A DNA stretch of 64,000 nt from Phycisphaerales bacterium (lineage in GTDB: Bacteria; Planctomycetota; Phycisphaerae; Phycisphaerales; UBA1924). The stretch is from the NCBI GenBank assembly GCA_965227775.1, contig OZ245777.1:1920001-1984000 (forward strand), in the 5' to 3' direction. Shown here piece after piece: positions 37,824-49,258 of the stretch (position 1 is the first letter of the stretch; each line of letters starts with the position of its first letter). The notes under the pieces were generated by a model. That model was not told where the DNA came from. It did no database searches and was given only the letters and a program-made list of their open reading frames with translations. Made by a program: the position numbers and the translations under genes.

Positions 37824-39572
37824 TCACTCGGGCAGCTTGGCAAGCTCGGCCTCGACACGCTCGGCCAAACGGGAGATCGTGTCGACCGAGAAGTCGAGCT
37901 TCACGCCGGCTGCCTCGAACAACTCGGGCAGCGGTCGCGAGCCGCCGAGCGAGAGCGCGTGCAGGTACGCGTCGATGGCGGTCGATTCGCCCTCGTCGAG
38001 CGAACGCATCCAGAGCTGCAGCGCACCGAGCTGGGCGATGCCGTACTCGATGTAGTAAAACGGATGGCTGAACAGGTGGAGCTGCCGTTGCCACTGTGTC
38101 TCGCGCTCGCGTTGCAGGCCGTCCCAGGACACATCGTTGCCGAAACGCTCATCGAGTTCGAGCCAGGCCGCGGTGCGCTCCTCGTGCGTGTGCTCGGGGT
38201 TGCTGTAGATGAAGTGCTGGAACGCGTCGATCGTCGCGATCCAAGCAAGCATCGAGACGCTGCCCTCGAGCTGCTCGCGCATCGCACGGGCGTGGTTCGC
38301 CTCGTCGCTGTAGAAGCCGTTCGCGCCGCCCCAGTGCGGCATGCTCAGCAGTTCCATCGACATGCTCGCAACCTCGGCGAACTCGATCGGGCTGTGGCGA
38401 TAATGCAGCAGCGGCTCGTCCTTGCACATCATGCTGTGGAACGCGTGCCCCGCTTCGTGCACCATGGTCTCGACGTCGCGGTGCAGGCCGGCCGCGTTCA
38501 TGAAGATGAACGGCTCGCGCACGCGATCCCGCATGTACTGATAGCCCCCCGGGCCCTTGCCCTTGCGGCTGTCCAGGTCCATGAGCGCGCCGTTGGCTGG
38601 TCCGTTGCTGTTGCTGCCATCGCCGAGCGTCGCGAACATATCGGCCAGCCGTGGGTCGATCGCGTCAAACGCCGCCTTCGATCTGCTGACCAGTTCCACG
38701 CCGCCCTTGAAGGGCTTGAGCGGCTCACGACCAAGCGGATCGACCGCCAGGTCCCACGGCCGGAGTGGATCGATGCCCATCTTCTCGCGGCGCGTCGCAT
38801 CGAGCTTGCGCTTGAACGGCACGACGACCTTCGCCACCGCGTCGTGAAAGTCCTTGCAGTCCGCGGGCGTGTAATCGAAGCGATGCATCGACGCGAAGGC
38901 ATAGCCCACGTAATCGTTGTGGCCCGCGTTCTTGGCGACCTGATGGCGCAGCTCGATCAAGCGATCATAAATGCCGTTGATCTTCGTGGCGTCCTGCAGC
39001 CGCCTCTCGGCGATGCCCCGCCAGGCCTTCTCACGAACCTCGCGATCGGTCTGCTGGAGGTAGACCGCCATCTGGGGCAGCGTTTTCTCTTCGCCTTCGA
39101 ATTCGACAGTCATCGCGCCGACGGTCTCGGTGTAGGTCTGCTCGACCTTGTCGATCTCGGTCTGCAGCGGAACGTTCTCGTCGCGATACAGCTCGACATC
39201 GGCCTTCACATCACGAGCCAGCACCTCGTACCGCTCGCCGCTGAGCCCGAACTTCTCGGCCAACTCGACCTGACGCTGATCGAGCTTAAAGCCCGCGGGC
39301 TTCAGCTTTGGCGCGACGTTCTCCAGGAAGCTGGTATATGCAGTCCGCTTGGCGTCATTCGCGGTGTCGCATGTCATCGCGATGTACAGGTTGGCCTGCG
39401 CCTCGCTGCACGCCGCCTCGAGTTCGCTGCGGTCTACGAGCCAACGCTCCAACTCGTCCTTATCGGAGACCGCTCGGTCGGCGAGTTCCTCAAACAACGG
39501 GCGGACGTTGTCCCACTTGGTCGCGTCGATGTCTTCGGGCACCAGGCCCGTCGGGGCGGCGGCGGTGGTCAT
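37824..39572 (-). CDS. M3 family oligoendopeptidase
   Basis: SRKGKGPGGY, HEAGHAFH, EFAEVASMSME, PFYYIEY. Confidence 0.93.
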   Translation of the reverse strand: MTTAAAPTGLVPEDIDATKWDNVRPLFEELADRAVSDKDELERWLVDRSELEAACSEAQANLYIAMTCDTANDAKRTAYTSFLENVAPKLKPAGFKLDQRQVELAEKFGLSGERYEVLARDVKADVELYRDENVPLQTEIDKVEQTYTETVGAMTVEFEGEEKTLPQMAVYLQQTDREVREKAWRGIAERRLQDATKINGIYDRLIELRHQVAKNAGHNDYVGYAFASMHRFDYTPADCKDFHDAVAKVVVPFKRKLDATRREKMGIDPLRPWDLAVDPLGREPLKPFKGGVELVSRSKAAFDAIDPRLADMFATLGDGSNSNGPANGALMDLDSRKGKGPGGYQYMRDRVREPFIFMNAAGLHRDVETMVHEAGHAFHSMMCKDEPLLHYRHSPIEFAEVASMSMELLSMPHWGGANGFYSDEANHARAMREQLEGSVSMLAWIATIDAFQHFIYSNPEHTHEERTAAWLELDERFGNDVSWDGLQRERETQWQRQLHLFSHPFYYIEYGIAQLGALQLWMRSLDEGESTAIDAYLHALSLGGSRPLPELFEAAGVKLDFSVDTISRLAERVEAELAKLPE

Positions 39573-39680
39573 TTGGAGGCCTCCAATGCGGTTCGAGAAG
39601 ATTCGTCCGGGATCCAACCCGGGAGCGGAACGGCATGATAGACCGGCATCAATTTCGAGCGAATGGGCGTCTGCCAAATG

Positions 39681-39712
39681 AAAAGGACCACCCTCATTCG
39701 AAGGTGGTCCTT
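39681..39712 (-). terminator. Rho-independent terminator
   Basis: AAGGACCACC...GGTGGTCCTTTT on the minus strand. Confidence 0.75.
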
Positions 39713-39734
39713 GTAAGACGGTCGAGTCGGCTAC

Positions 39735-41051
39735 TTACTTCGCGAGGTCGCGGAGCAGTTCCTCTTGCTCACGAACCCACCTGCGGAAGTCTTCTTCCGA
39801 CGAATTCAGGATGAAGAGTGCCAGGCGGGGGTTGTTGTCGACCATGCGGACGATCGAGTTCAGGCTCCGACGGGCAAATCCGAGGAACTTGCCACGATCG
39901 TTGACCGGCACGCCCTGAGCCAAGCCCACAGCGACCTCGTAACCCTCGAAGTACTGGTTGATGCTCTGCTCGTCACGAGCGGTCTGCTCGCGGAAGCGAC
40001 GCAGGTACTTCTCGGCCTTGCTCACGGGCCAGGCAACACCATCAACCTCGTCACCAACCCACTCGACCTCGGTCAGGCCCATCGCCTTGCCGAGCTCGTC
40101 AAGGGTGTCCGCGATGCCATCGGCAAAGCCGATCTGCTGGGCCGTCACGCTGGTGAGCGCAAGCACGCGGTTGGGCTTGTTGATGACAACCTCGCCGTCG
40201 GCGTTCTGGTACATGGCCTCGACGCGACCGTTCTCGTCAAGATCGACCGAGAGCGGCTCAAGAATCTGCATCGCGCGGATGATGCGTGGATCATGGCCGC
40301 CACGCTCGCTGATGAGCTCGGCGAAGTACAGGATGTCTTCGAGCCCGCGGCCCTTGACCGCCTGCAGCGCACCGAACCATGCCGTGTTGCCGCCGTAGGC
40401 GCCACGACGCATGAAGTAGTGCTCCTCGAGCGTGTGCGGCGTCAGCGAAGCTGCCGAGATCGCATAGTCGACCCAGGCAGCCGTGCGGAACTTGGGCTTG
40501 AACTCGTTGTGGAGCACATCGCTCAGAGGCTCCATCTCGAGCACGGCGCCGCCGCCCGAGTTGATACGGAACACGACGATGTCGATGTTCTCTTCTTCGA
40601 GAAGCGGGATGACCTCACGCAGCGACTGGGCAGTGATGTACGTGCCCACCATGCCCTGGCCCGCGTCGGCATCGCCATAGCTCAGCACCACGGCCCGCGG
40701 TGCGCCAGAAGACACGGCCTGGCGCGTGCGCTCGGCCTTGGGCTCATCGGCCTCGGCCGGTGGGGCCGGGTCGGTCACGGTCGGGGACGAGGGCGTTTCG
40801 ACCCCATCGCCTTCCACGTCGCGCTCGATCTTGAGCACGTCCGAGGCGGCAAAGAACTGGGTCATGCCGTCATCGGTCTTCACCCACACCGAGCCATTCA
40901 GCTCTCGGGCGATCTCGCCCTCGATAACGCGCCCATCGTTCAGGGTCACGCGGTCGAGCGCGAAGCCGAGCTGCACGCAGCCCAGCACAGCCATAGCGCA
41001 GGCAGCACCCATTGCCGTCCGACGCCACGTGTTATTCACAAACTTGATCAT
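39735..41051 (-). CDS. Secreted NfeD/ClpP-crotonase-fold protease-like protein
   Basis: Signal peptide; RINSGGG and AISAAS motifs; LALTS..A..IGFADGIADTLDEL. Confidence 0.7.
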   Translation of the reverse strand: MIKFVNNTWRRTAMGAACAMAVLGCVQLGFALDRVTLNDGRVIEGEIARELNGSVWVKTDDGMTQFFAASDVLKIERDVEGDGVETPSSPTVTDPAPPAEADEPKAERTRQAVSSGAPRAVVLSYGDADAGQGMVGTYITAQSLREVIPLLEEENIDIVVFRINSGGGAVLEMEPLSDVLHNEFKPKFRTAAWVDYAISAASLTPHTLEEHYFMRRGAYGGNTAWFGALQAVKGRGLEDILYFAELISERGGHDPRIIRAMQILEPLSVDLDENGRVEAMYQNADGEVVINKPNRVLALTSVTAQQIGFADGIADTLDELGKAMGLTEVEWVGDEVDGVAWPVSKAEKYLRRFREQTARDEQSINQYFEGYEVAVGLAQGVPVNDRGKFLGFARRSLNSIVRMVDNNPRLALFILNSSEEDFRRWVREQEELLRDLAK

Positions 41052-41079
41052 GATTCAATCTCCGGGTCGGGGCGTGGGA

Positions 41080-42273
41080 TCAGCGTTCGTCGGCCAGCTG
41101 TTCAAGCTCGAGCCGCTGCAGGCGGCGGCGGAAGTCCGAGATCAACTGCTGGGGCTGGCCGACATTGCGGAACACATCGATGTGGTAGGGAACGATCGCT
41201 TCCTTGTACCGTTCGAGCAGGCCGATCATCTGCTGCAATTTGGCACGTTGCTGACCGCGCTGGCGTCGACGCTCGTTCCATTCGTCCGAGTTGACCTGGA
41301 TCTCGTTGTACTCGCGCCACAGGCGAGACAGGGCGTCTTCGGTGCGCTTGATGCTGTCGGACCAGTTGTTCATGATCCGGTCGCCGTCGCCGACCATCTC
41401 ATAGTTCCGGGCGATGCCCAGCTCGAAAAGCAAGTCATCGATCGAACTCGCCGTGCCCTTCGAGATGCCGAGCACGCGGGCAGTCTCGGCGTCCAGTGTC
41501 AGCCAGTTGGTGCCGCGGCCGCGGGCCAAGTCTTCGATGGAATCCTGCTTGCCCTCTTGCAGCGCGTTGTTGGTCAGGAGGAACTCATCAGTGCTCTGGG
41601 GTTCGCGCTCGAGGTACACCGGCCGACCGCCCTCGAGGCGGTAAGACAGGGTGTAGTCGCCGCGGGCCATCGCTTCGATGATCTTGGGCTCGTAGCCCGA
41701 AGCGATGACCATGCCCTTGGCGGTCGCCAGGCTGGCGGCCACCAGCTTCTCCTTCACCACCTCATCGCCCTGCTGGAACTGCAGGTAGACGCCGCGGATG
41801 CCGCCGATGCGGCCTTCGGGGTGGAAGTACATCGTGTCGGACAGGAATGGCAGGAATGCCGCGCTGCCCATCGCGTTCTTCACCCAGAACACGATTGTGG
41901 GTTCTTCGTCCCAGACTTCCAGTGCTTCCTTGGTGAACACCGGGCGAATCGGACGGATGCCGAAGATGTCGAAGATGCCCGAGTCGTCGGACTGCTCCTG
42001 CTCCAGCGGATCACCGTACTGGAACCAGTCGACGTCGACTTGGATGATGATGTAGTCGGCATCGAGCTCGCGTGCCTCTTCCATCGCCTCGGTCAGCGGG
42101 GTAAAGGAAATGTCCTTGCCAAACCAGCCGTCCGCCGTGAAGCTGTACACCTTGGCCGGCTCCTGCTGGGCCAGCGCCGGGCCGGCGGCCAGCAGCAACG
42201 CGGCGACAGCACCCGTCGCGGCCTGACGCAGGCGATCGCGAAGCCCTCGCCTTGCACTTTCTTGCGTGATCAT
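41080..42273 (-). CDS. Secreted NfeD/ClpP-like paralog (catalytic Ser apparently replaced)
   Basis: Signal peptide; WVKNAMGSAA, IIEAM, LTLDAETARVLGISKGTASSIDDLL; C-terminal coiled coil. Confidence 0.65.
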   Translation of the reverse strand: MITQESARRGLRDRLRQAATGAVAALLLAAGPALAQQEPAKVYSFTADGWFGKDISFTPLTEAMEEARELDADYIIIQVDVDWFQYGDPLEQEQSDDSGIFDIFGIRPIRPVFTKEALEVWDEEPTIVFWVKNAMGSAAFLPFLSDTMYFHPEGRIGGIRGVYLQFQQGDEVVKEKLVAASLATAKGMVIASGYEPKIIEAMARGDYTLSYRLEGGRPVYLEREPQSTDEFLLTNNALQEGKQDSIEDLARGRGTNWLTLDAETARVLGISKGTASSIDDLLFELGIARNYEMVGDGDRIMNNWSDSIKRTEDALSRLWREYNEIQVNSDEWNERRRQRGQQRAKLQQMIGLLERYKEAIVPYHIDVFRNVGQPQQLISDFRRRLQRLELEQLADER

Positions 42274-42334
42274 CGTGTTCGGGCCTCCATCACTTGCAGG
42301 CCCCGGGCCGAGCCCTTCGCCCCGGGTGCCAGAT

Positions 42335-43666
42335 CTAGTTGATTTCAGGATCGTTGCCCGGATTGGGCCTCGATCCATCAGATTCGACGCTCATCGCCGC
42401 CAGATGTTCCAGCAACGCGTTCCGATCCGACGCTCCACCAGCCAATTGACGATCGTAGAGGGCCTCCAAAACCCTAGCAAAATCCGGTCCTGGCTGGCAT
42501 CCTCGAGCGATCAGGTCCTCACCGGTCACCCAAGGTTCGGGTGCGAGACCTCCCGGTTCGGCTGCCAACACCTGGACGCGCTCTTGAATCGACCGGGATT
42601 GTTCGGGGTTTTCTGTGCTGATCACCGCCATCGCTTCCTCAAAACCCGCTGACGAGGCCAGTCGTTTTTGGCGGGCCTTGCCGGCATGCTCAAAGTCGCC
42701 CAGCACCTCGATCCGTCGGATGAGGCAGGCTTCCAGGATGGCGGTCTCTTCATTGCTTAGGCACAGGGCTTGTCGCACCTGCCGAACCAGCGGCCGCACA
42801 ACCTCAGCTTTGACGCCCTGCCCCCGATCAAGGAGCCACGCCGCGAGCGAGACCATGGTGCGAGCGTCCGCGGGCAGCGCGCTCAGCCTTGGGTGCGATC
42901 TTCCGGCTCCGATGGGCTGGGCCGCGAGCATCGGTCCGTCGAGCCCCAGTTGCTCGAGCGTTGCCGCGGCCCGCTGCCTGGTCTCATGCGCGAGCATGCG
43001 GCGCAGCTCGGCACCGACGCGTTCCCGGCTCACACCTTCCAGCTCGCGCGCGTGCTCGGCGATCGCTTGCGCTGTGCCGGATTCGATATCGAAACCCAGA
43101 CGCGCCGCAAACCGCACGGCACGGAGCGCCCGGAGGTGGTCTTCCGCCAGCCGGCGGTGGGGGTCGCCAACCGCACGAACAACGCCCGTCCCGAGGTCGG
43201 CCACGCCGCCAACAAGGTCGATCACCCGGCCCGACGCCTTCCGGCCCGATGGGCATTGCGTCCATTCCGCCTCGTCGGCCAAGGGATCCAGGAACAGCGC
43301 GTTGATCGTGAAGTCTCGCCGCTCGGCATCCGACTGCGCATCGCTGAACGTCACCTCGTCCGGGCGCCTGCGATCCGTGTACACGCCGTCGCTGCGGAAC
43401 GTCGCAACCTCGGTCCATACGCCGAGCTTGCGGATCTGGACCACGCCAAACTGTGCACCAACCAGCCGTGCGCCGCGAAACATCTTTGTGAGCCGATCGG
43501 GCGTGGCATCGGTGGCCACGTCATAGTCGCCCGGTGCAAGCCCCAGCAGCTCGTCGCGCACGCAGCCGCCGGCAAGGAACGCCTCGTGCCCTTTGGCGCG
43601 CAGTTGCTTAATGACGGCAATCGCCGCCGCGCGCCCGTCGCTGGTCGTGTCAGCCGGTGGCGTCAT
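42335..43666 (-). CDS. cca: CCA tRNA nucleotidyltransferase (class II)
   Basis: GGCVRD..LG, DYDVAT, EVATFR, RRDFTINA, EDHLRALRAVRF. Confidence 0.88.
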   Translation of the reverse strand: MTPPADTTSDGRAAAIAVIKQLRAKGHEAFLAGGCVRDELLGLAPGDYDVATDATPDRLTKMFRGARLVGAQFGVVQIRKLGVWTEVATFRSDGVYTDRRRPDEVTFSDAQSDAERRDFTINALFLDPLADEAEWTQCPSGRKASGRVIDLVGGVADLGTGVVRAVGDPHRRLAEDHLRALRAVRFAARLGFDIESGTAQAIAEHARELEGVSRERVGAELRRMLAHETRQRAAATLEQLGLDGPMLAAQPIGAGRSHPRLSALPADARTMVSLAAWLLDRGQGVKAEVVRPLVRQVRQALCLSNEETAILEACLIRRIEVLGDFEHAGKARQKRLASSAGFEEAMAVISTENPEQSRSIQERVQVLAAEPGGLAPEPWVTGEDLIARGCQPGPDFARVLEALYDRQLAGGASDRNALLEHLAAMSVESDGSRPNPGNDPEIN

Positions 43667-43681
43667 CGGGTGGTCATGACC

Positions 43682-44458
43682 TCAGGCCTTTGGCGGATGG
43701 TCGCGGAGCGACTTGATCTCGTCTCGGAGGATGGCCGCGAGTTCGTAGTTCTCTGCCTCGAGCGCGCGTTCGAGCCGGGACTCGAGCTCGGCCGCCTGGC
43801 TTGGCATGAGCTTGGGATGGATCGCCTCACGCATGCCCACCAGTGTGCGACGCTCGGCCGAAGACTCGAAGGCCTCGGGCTCACCCACCTCGGCGAAAGC
43901 CTGCTGCAGCCCGTCGAGCCCCTCGTCGATCATGGCGACCGCCGCCTTGGTCTCGTTCGCGCGGATCATCTGGCCCGCCAGGGCCCGCGTCCGCACCGTG
44001 ATGATGAACGGGCGGTAGTGCATCATCGATCGCTGGTCGTTTTCCTCCATGGCGTGCTTTTGCAGGAACTCGATGAGCCGAAGGTTGCGTCCAGTATCTC
44101 GGATCACCCCGTCGAAGTCGTTGAGCACCAGCAGAGCCACGTAGCGGTGGTAGTACTGGGCGGCTTCCTCTCGCAGGATCTTGCAGTCGTCGGGCGAGAG
44201 CGAGAATCCCTCGCCATCGCCGCCCTCCTCGGCCAGAACGTCCGCGTCGTCGGCCAGGCTTTCGAAGTATTCGAGCAAGCTCCGATAACCATGAGCCAGC
44301 CGGCCGTCCGGGCGACCATCTACGTGCATCTGCAGGAGCCCTAAGTCCAGTCGTACCTGGAGCAAAGGCTCTCCGTCGTCGCCTTGGATCAGGCGAATGT
44401 TGGGACGGGTCCGATCAAACGGCCAGTCTTCGAGAATGTCCGATATGTCACGGTTCAT
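43682..44458 (-). CDS. UvrB/UvrC motif-containing protein
   Basis: LQVRLDLGLLQM, GRPDG, C-terminal ENYELAAILRDEI. Confidence 0.8.
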   Translation of the reverse strand: MNRDISDILEDWPFDRTRPNIRLIQGDDGEPLLQVRLDLGLLQMHVDGRPDGRLAHGYRSLLEYFESLADDADVLAEEGGDGEGFSLSPDDCKILREEAAQYYHRYVALLVLNDFDGVIRDTGRNLRLIEFLQKHAMEENDQRSMMHYRPFIITVRTRALAGQMIRANETKAAVAMIDEGLDGLQQAFAEVGEPEAFESSAERRTLVGMREAIHPKLMPSQAAELESRLERALEAENYELAAILRDEIKSLRDHPPKA

Positions 44459-44800
44459 CGATGATTTCGGGTTCATGGGGCTCAAAAAGGCTTGCAGCGG
44501 CCTGGGGTCTTTGGGTAGCATAGTGCTCGAGGAAGTCTCACCCGCGTTCGCTGACGCCGCAATCCCGCGCTTCTTTGAGGAGAGAGGCAAGACGGGCTTC
44601 GGCACAGGCGGATTATTTTCGCCTGTTGGGTGAACCCGACCTCGTTGGCGTCCGTGCGCCCGGAATGGATTTGAGCAACTTGCGCGGTAGCTCGATGAAT
44701 CCGTTGCGGCTGGCGGGCGAATACGTGGTAGGAGGACGGTGTGCTGCCCGTTGTTTCTCGTGGGGGCACATCGCGAAAGGTGGGATGAGTAGTGAGTGCG

Positions 44801-45751
44801 ATGACCGGTAACCAATCTGCCAGTTCGGGGCTGCGCTCCGAGTTGCAGCTATACCTTGACGAGATCAAGCAGACGCCCTTGCTGACCGCTGAAGAAGAGC
44901 GGGAGTTGGGCTATCGGATCCAGCGAGAGAACTGCCCCGATGCACGGGAGCGGATGATCCGGGCGAACCTTCGCCTGGTCGTTGCGATCGCCAAGAACTT
45001 CGCCAACCGCGGCCTCGTGCTGTCGGACCTGATCGAAGAGGGCAATATCGGCCTGATGCGCGCGGTCGAGGGCTTCGACCCCGACCAGGGCGCCCGCTTC
45101 AGCACGTATGCCTCGTGGTGGATCAAGCAGGCCATCAAGCGGGCCCTGATCAACGCATCGCGGCCGATCCACGTGCCTGCGTACATGGTTGAGCTGATCG
45201 CCCGCATGCGTCAGGTTTCGCGTGAGCTCGAGGGCGAGACGGGCTTTGCCCCCTCCATCGAGCAGATCGCCGAAGCAATGGACCTGCCGGTCAAGAAGGT
45301 TCGCGCGATCCGCCGTGCCATCCGGGCGACCCGCGCCCAGACCCAGCCGGCCTCGGGCGACGATAACACGCCGGGCCTGTCCGACGTGGTCGCCGATGAC
45401 CGCTACGCGCCGCCCAGCGATCGCCCGCTGCAAACCGACGAGATGGCCACCCTGCGTCGCCTCATGGAGACCATCGACGACCGTGAGGCCGCCATCCTGA
45501 ACGCCCGCTTCGGTCTCGACGGGCGCGACCCGCTCACGCTGAAGCAGGTCGCCGAGCGCGTTGGTCTCAGCCGTGAGCGTGTCCGCCAGATCGTCGACGA
45601 GGCGATCACGCGGCTGAACGCACAGCTGACCGATGAGCGCCCGAGCCGGTTCTTCCGCGAGAACCGCACCCGCACGGGTGACCCGCTCAGCCCGCAGCGT
45701 GCCAGGGCCCGTGCCATGGCCGCCGCCGCCCGAGCTCGCTCGGCAGGCTGA
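44801..45751 (+). CDS. RNA polymerase sigma-70 factor (RpoD/RpoS-like, no region 1.1)
   Basis: [55 protein letters not shown]. Confidence 0.93.
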   Translation: MTGNQSASSGLRSELQLYLDEIKQTPLLTAEEERELGYRIQRENCPDARERMIRANLRLVVAIAKNFANRGLVLSDLIEEGNIGLMRAVEGFDPDQGARFSTYASWWIKQAIKRALINASRPIHVPAYMVELIARMRQVSRELEGETGFAPSIEQIAEAMDLPVKKVRAIRRAIRATRAQTQPASGDDNTPGLSDVVADDRYAPPSDRPLQTDEMATLRRLMETIDDREAAILNARFGLDGRDPLTLKQVAERVGLSRERVRQIVDEAITRLNAQLTDERPSRFFRENRTRTGDPLSPQRARARAMAAAARARSAG

Positions 45752-45777
45752 TCCTGATTCCAGATTGACCAAGTCAG

Positions 45778-45802
45778 GCCCGGGCAAGAACCCGGGCTTT
45801 TT
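45778..45802 (+). terminator. Rho-independent terminator
   Basis: GCCCGGG-CAAGAA-CCCGGGC-TTTTT. Confidence 0.8.
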
Positions 45803-45811
45803 CGTGCGCGG

Positions 45812-46159
45812 TCAGTGCTTCACGCCCTCAACCCGTCCGGGGTCGGTGTACTTGCTCACGGCTTTGCCCAGGTCGACGCCGGCGATGTTGGCAAGCGTGG
45901 TGAGCCAGGCCAGCACGTCGGCGAACTCTTCCTCGAGATTCGCGCGGTCGGCCTCGCTCGGGTTGCGATCGGGGGCGCAGTCCTGGAGGGAGGTGGCCAG
46001 TTCACCAACCTCCTCGATCAGCCACATGAAGGTGCCCGGCACGCCCCTGGCGCTGTCGGTGGCGTGGTAGCGTTCGCGTATGAGCCGCTGGAAGTCCTGC
46101 AGGGTCATGTCGGGGCCAGAATTCGGGCTCTGCGAGGGCGTTGGGGCTCGGTCGCTCAT
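45812..46159 (-). CDS. MazG-like nucleotide pyrophosphohydrolase (single domain)
   Basis: WLIEEVGEL, EEEFADVLAWL; alternative start 46108. Confidence 0.88.
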   Translation of the reverse strand: MSDRAPTPSQSPNSGPDMTLQDFQRLIRERYHATDSARGVPGTFMWLIEEVGELATSLQDCAPDRNPSEADRANLEEEFADVLAWLTTLANIAGVDLGKAVSKYTDPGRVEGVKH

Positions 46160-46272
46160 GACGCCACGGTAGACCGCACGCGTGCGTGGGCGCTATACTC
46201 GGGGCCCTGCCGAGAGGTCTCGGCGGGTCTCGCCGTGGATCGACGACCCGAATGCCAGGAATCTAGCCGCGT

Positions 46273-46644
<372 letters not shown>

Positions 46645-46800
46645 GCCCGCCTCGTCGGCCGGCGCGCGAGAGCGTGTGGGTGCGGCTTTCGTCTGTAGTT
46701 TCGTTCGATACAAGGCAAGTAATCCCGCTCCTTGGCCTCATCGGAGCGGGGTGAACACACGGTCGGCCTCGCGTCGACGGATGAGCCAAAGGAGTCTCGC

Positions 46801-47292
46801 ATGGCCGGTCGCATTACCGCGTCCGAGGATCAGCTTCGTCCCGATCCTCGCTACAACGACATCACCCTGGCAAAGTTCATCAACTGCGTGATGCGCGACG
46901 GCAAGAAGACCCGCGCCACGCGTGTCGTCTATGACGCGATGGACCTCATCGACGAGAAGCTGAAGAAAGAGAACAACCCCGACGCGCCGGAAGACGCGCT
47001 CACGCTATTCCTGATGGCCATCGATAACGTGAAGCCGTACGTCGAGGTGCGCAGCAAGCGCATCGGTGGTGCCAACTACCAGGTGCCCCAGCAGGTGAAG
47101 GGCCGCCGCCAGCAAAGCCTCGCGTTTCGCTGGATCATCACCAGCGCCCGCGGCGAGAAGGGCCGCCCGATGGCGGGCCGCCTGGCCGACGAGCTCTACA
47201 ACGCCGCTCGTGGTGAGGGCAAGGCCATGACCATCCGCGATCAGACCCACCGCATGGCTGACGCGAATAAGGCCTTTGCCCACTTCGCGTAG
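46801..47292 (+). CDS. rpsG: 30S ribosomal protein S7
   Basis: [38 protein letters not shown]. Confidence 0.98.
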   Translation: MAGRITASEDQLRPDPRYNDITLAKFINCVMRDGKKTRATRVVYDAMDLIDEKLKKENNPDAPEDALTLFLMAIDNVKPYVEVRSKRIGGANYQVPQQVKGRRQQSLAFRWIITSARGEKGRPMAGRLADELYNAARGEGKAMTIRDQTHRMADANKAFAHFA

Positions 47293-47321
47293 GGCCGCTT
47301 AGCGACTGTCCCCCGTCAAGG

Positions 47322-47345
47322 CCGCGAGTTCGCTCGCGGTTTTTT
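47322..47345 (+). terminator. Rho-independent terminator after rpsG
   Basis: CCGCGAG-TTCG-CTCGCGG-TTTTTT. Confidence 0.85.
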
Positions 47346-47365
47346 GGTGCGCGTAAAGTCTGTTC

Positions 47366-48421
47366 ATGGGTCTTCAGGTCGATCGCTACCACAGGCAGAC
47401 GCTGCTCCCCGAGATTGGAGTAGTGGGGCAGGAGCGCCTCGCACACGGCCGAGTGCTCGTCGTTGGATGCGGGGCGCTCGGTTGCGCGCAGGCCGACCAG
47501 TTGGTTCGCGCTGGCGTGGGGCACGTGCGCATCGTTGATCGCGACGTTGTGGAGACCACAAACCTGCAGCGACAGGTGCTGTATGCCGAGGCAGACGTTG
47601 GCAAGGCCAAGGCGCTCGCAGCTGCCGAACGGTTGCGGGCGATCAACTCAAGCGTCGCGGTGGAGCCGATTGCCACCGACGCGACGCACGAGAACATCCA
47701 GGAACTTGCCGGGGGCGTAGACGCCATCCTCGACGGCACCGACAACTTTGAAACGCGGTTTCTACTCAACGATGTTTCGGTGAAGCATGGCGTGCCGTAC
47801 ATCTACGGCGGTGTTATCGCCAGTCGCGGCATGACGGCGACGTTCATTCCCGGCGAGGGTGCGCATTCGACACCCTGTCTGCGGTGCGTGCTTCCCGAGG
47901 CGCCGCCCCCGGGGAGCACGCCGACGTGCGACACTGCCGGCGTGCTGGGGCCCGCGGTTTCGATCGTCGCCGCACACCAGGCTGTTGATGCGATGAAGGT
48001 ATTGCTGGGTAGGTTCGACCTGCTCAGCAGCGCGATGTACGAGTTCGACCTCTTGGGTGGTGCGCAGCGGCGGTTCGCGCTCGCAGACATTGCGGGCGAT
48101 CGCGCCGCGTGCCGATGCTGCGGGCAGAAGCGATTTGACGCCCTCGAAGGCCTCGGCGGGAACACGGCGCAGGCGCTATGCGGGCGCGGCGCGGTTCAGG
48201 TGTCGCCGGCCGTGGACTCGGTGATCGGCCTCGATGAACTCGCCAGCCGGCTGGAATTGCACGGACCCTGCCGCCGCATCGGCCCTCTGTTAAAGGCCGA
48301 GGCGACGCAGGGCGACAGGCGGTTTGGTCTGACGGTCTTTCCCGATGGCCGCGCGATCATCTCGGGCACCGAAGATCTCGCCGAGGCTCGGTCAATCTAT
48401 GCGCGCCTGATCGGGGCCTAG
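47366..48421 (+). CDS. ThiF/MoeB family adenylyltransferase
   Basis: [40 protein letters not shown]. Confidence 0.92.
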   Translation: MGLQVDRYHRQTLLPEIGVVGQERLAHGRVLVVGCGALGCAQADQLVRAGVGHVRIVDRDVVETTNLQRQVLYAEADVGKAKALAAAERLRAINSSVAVEPIATDATHENIQELAGGVDAILDGTDNFETRFLLNDVSVKHGVPYIYGGVIASRGMTATFIPGEGAHSTPCLRCVLPEAPPPGSTPTCDTAGVLGPAVSIVAAHQAVDAMKVLLGRFDLLSSAMYEFDLLGGAQRRFALADIAGDRAACRCCGQKRFDALEGLGGNTAQALCGRGAVQVSPAVDSVIGLDELASRLELHGPCRRIGPLLKAEATQGDRRFGLTVFPDGRAIISGTEDLAEARSIYARLIGA

Positions 48422-49173
48422 GCCTCGGCCATCTCGGCGGTGACGACGTTGTCCGAGAAGCTCTGGTAGGCTCCGCCGACTTGCTTGGCCATTCTGTCGG
48501 GCCACACGTGGAAGTCGCCGCTCTGGAACGCCGCGAGGATGGCGTCGGCCACGAGACTCGGCGGCTCGGCGACATCGTCGAGCCCGGCTTGGCTTCCCAT
48601 ATCGGTGGCGATGGGGCCTGGGTGTACGCTGAAGACAGCCGTGCCCTGCTCGCCGAGTTGGGCGCGCAACCCCTGCGTGATTGCGTACGACGCGGCTTTC
48701 GAGGCGCAATAGGTGGCGAAATCGGGGAAGGTCTTCATCGATACGACCGAGTTCAGCTGCACGAATGCACCTCCACCGTTCGACTTCAGCACCGGCGCAA
48801 ACGCGCGGGCCGCGCGCATTAGCCCGTACACGTTCGAGTCAATCTCGAACTGCAGGGACTCGAACGCGTCGTCGGCAAGGGCGTTGGACGTGCGCAGCAC
48901 GCCGGCGTTATTGATGACAACTTCGACGTCCGAGGCCGACTTGGCCGCATCGTTGATGGTTGCGTCGTTTGTCAGATCGAAAGGCACGGCGACGACCCGA
49001 TCGCCGTGGGCGCCGATCAACGGTTGGGCTGACTCGGGCCGGCGAACGGCGGCGTAGACCTTGGCAGCGCCGGCCTCGAGGAGGCCTTCGGTGATGGCCT
49101 TGCCGATGCCGCGATTCGCGCCGGTGACCAGCGCGACCTTGCCCTTGATGTCGATCGTGTTGTTGGTGCTCAT
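48418..49173 (-). CDS. SDR family oxidoreductase
   Basis: [17 protein letters not shown]. Confidence 0.93.
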   Translation of the reverse strand: MSTNNTIDIKGKVALVTGANRGIGKAITEGLLEAGAAKVYAAVRRPESAQPLIGAHGDRVVAVPFDLTNDATINDAAKSASDVEVVINNAGVLRTSNALADDAFESLQFEIDSNVYGLMRAARAFAPVLKSNGGGAFVQLNSVVSMKTFPDFATYCASKAASYAITQGLRAQLGEQGTAVFSVHPGPIATDMGSQAGLDDVAEPPSLVADAILAAFQSGDFHVWPDRMAKQVGGAYQSFSDNVVTAEMAEA

Positions 49174-49258
49174 CTGCCGTCTCCTTCGATGGGGTTTGGA
49201 GTCGAGCCGCCGGGGTCATGCCGGCGGCGGATCAGATGAATGCATCTGCATCGATTGA

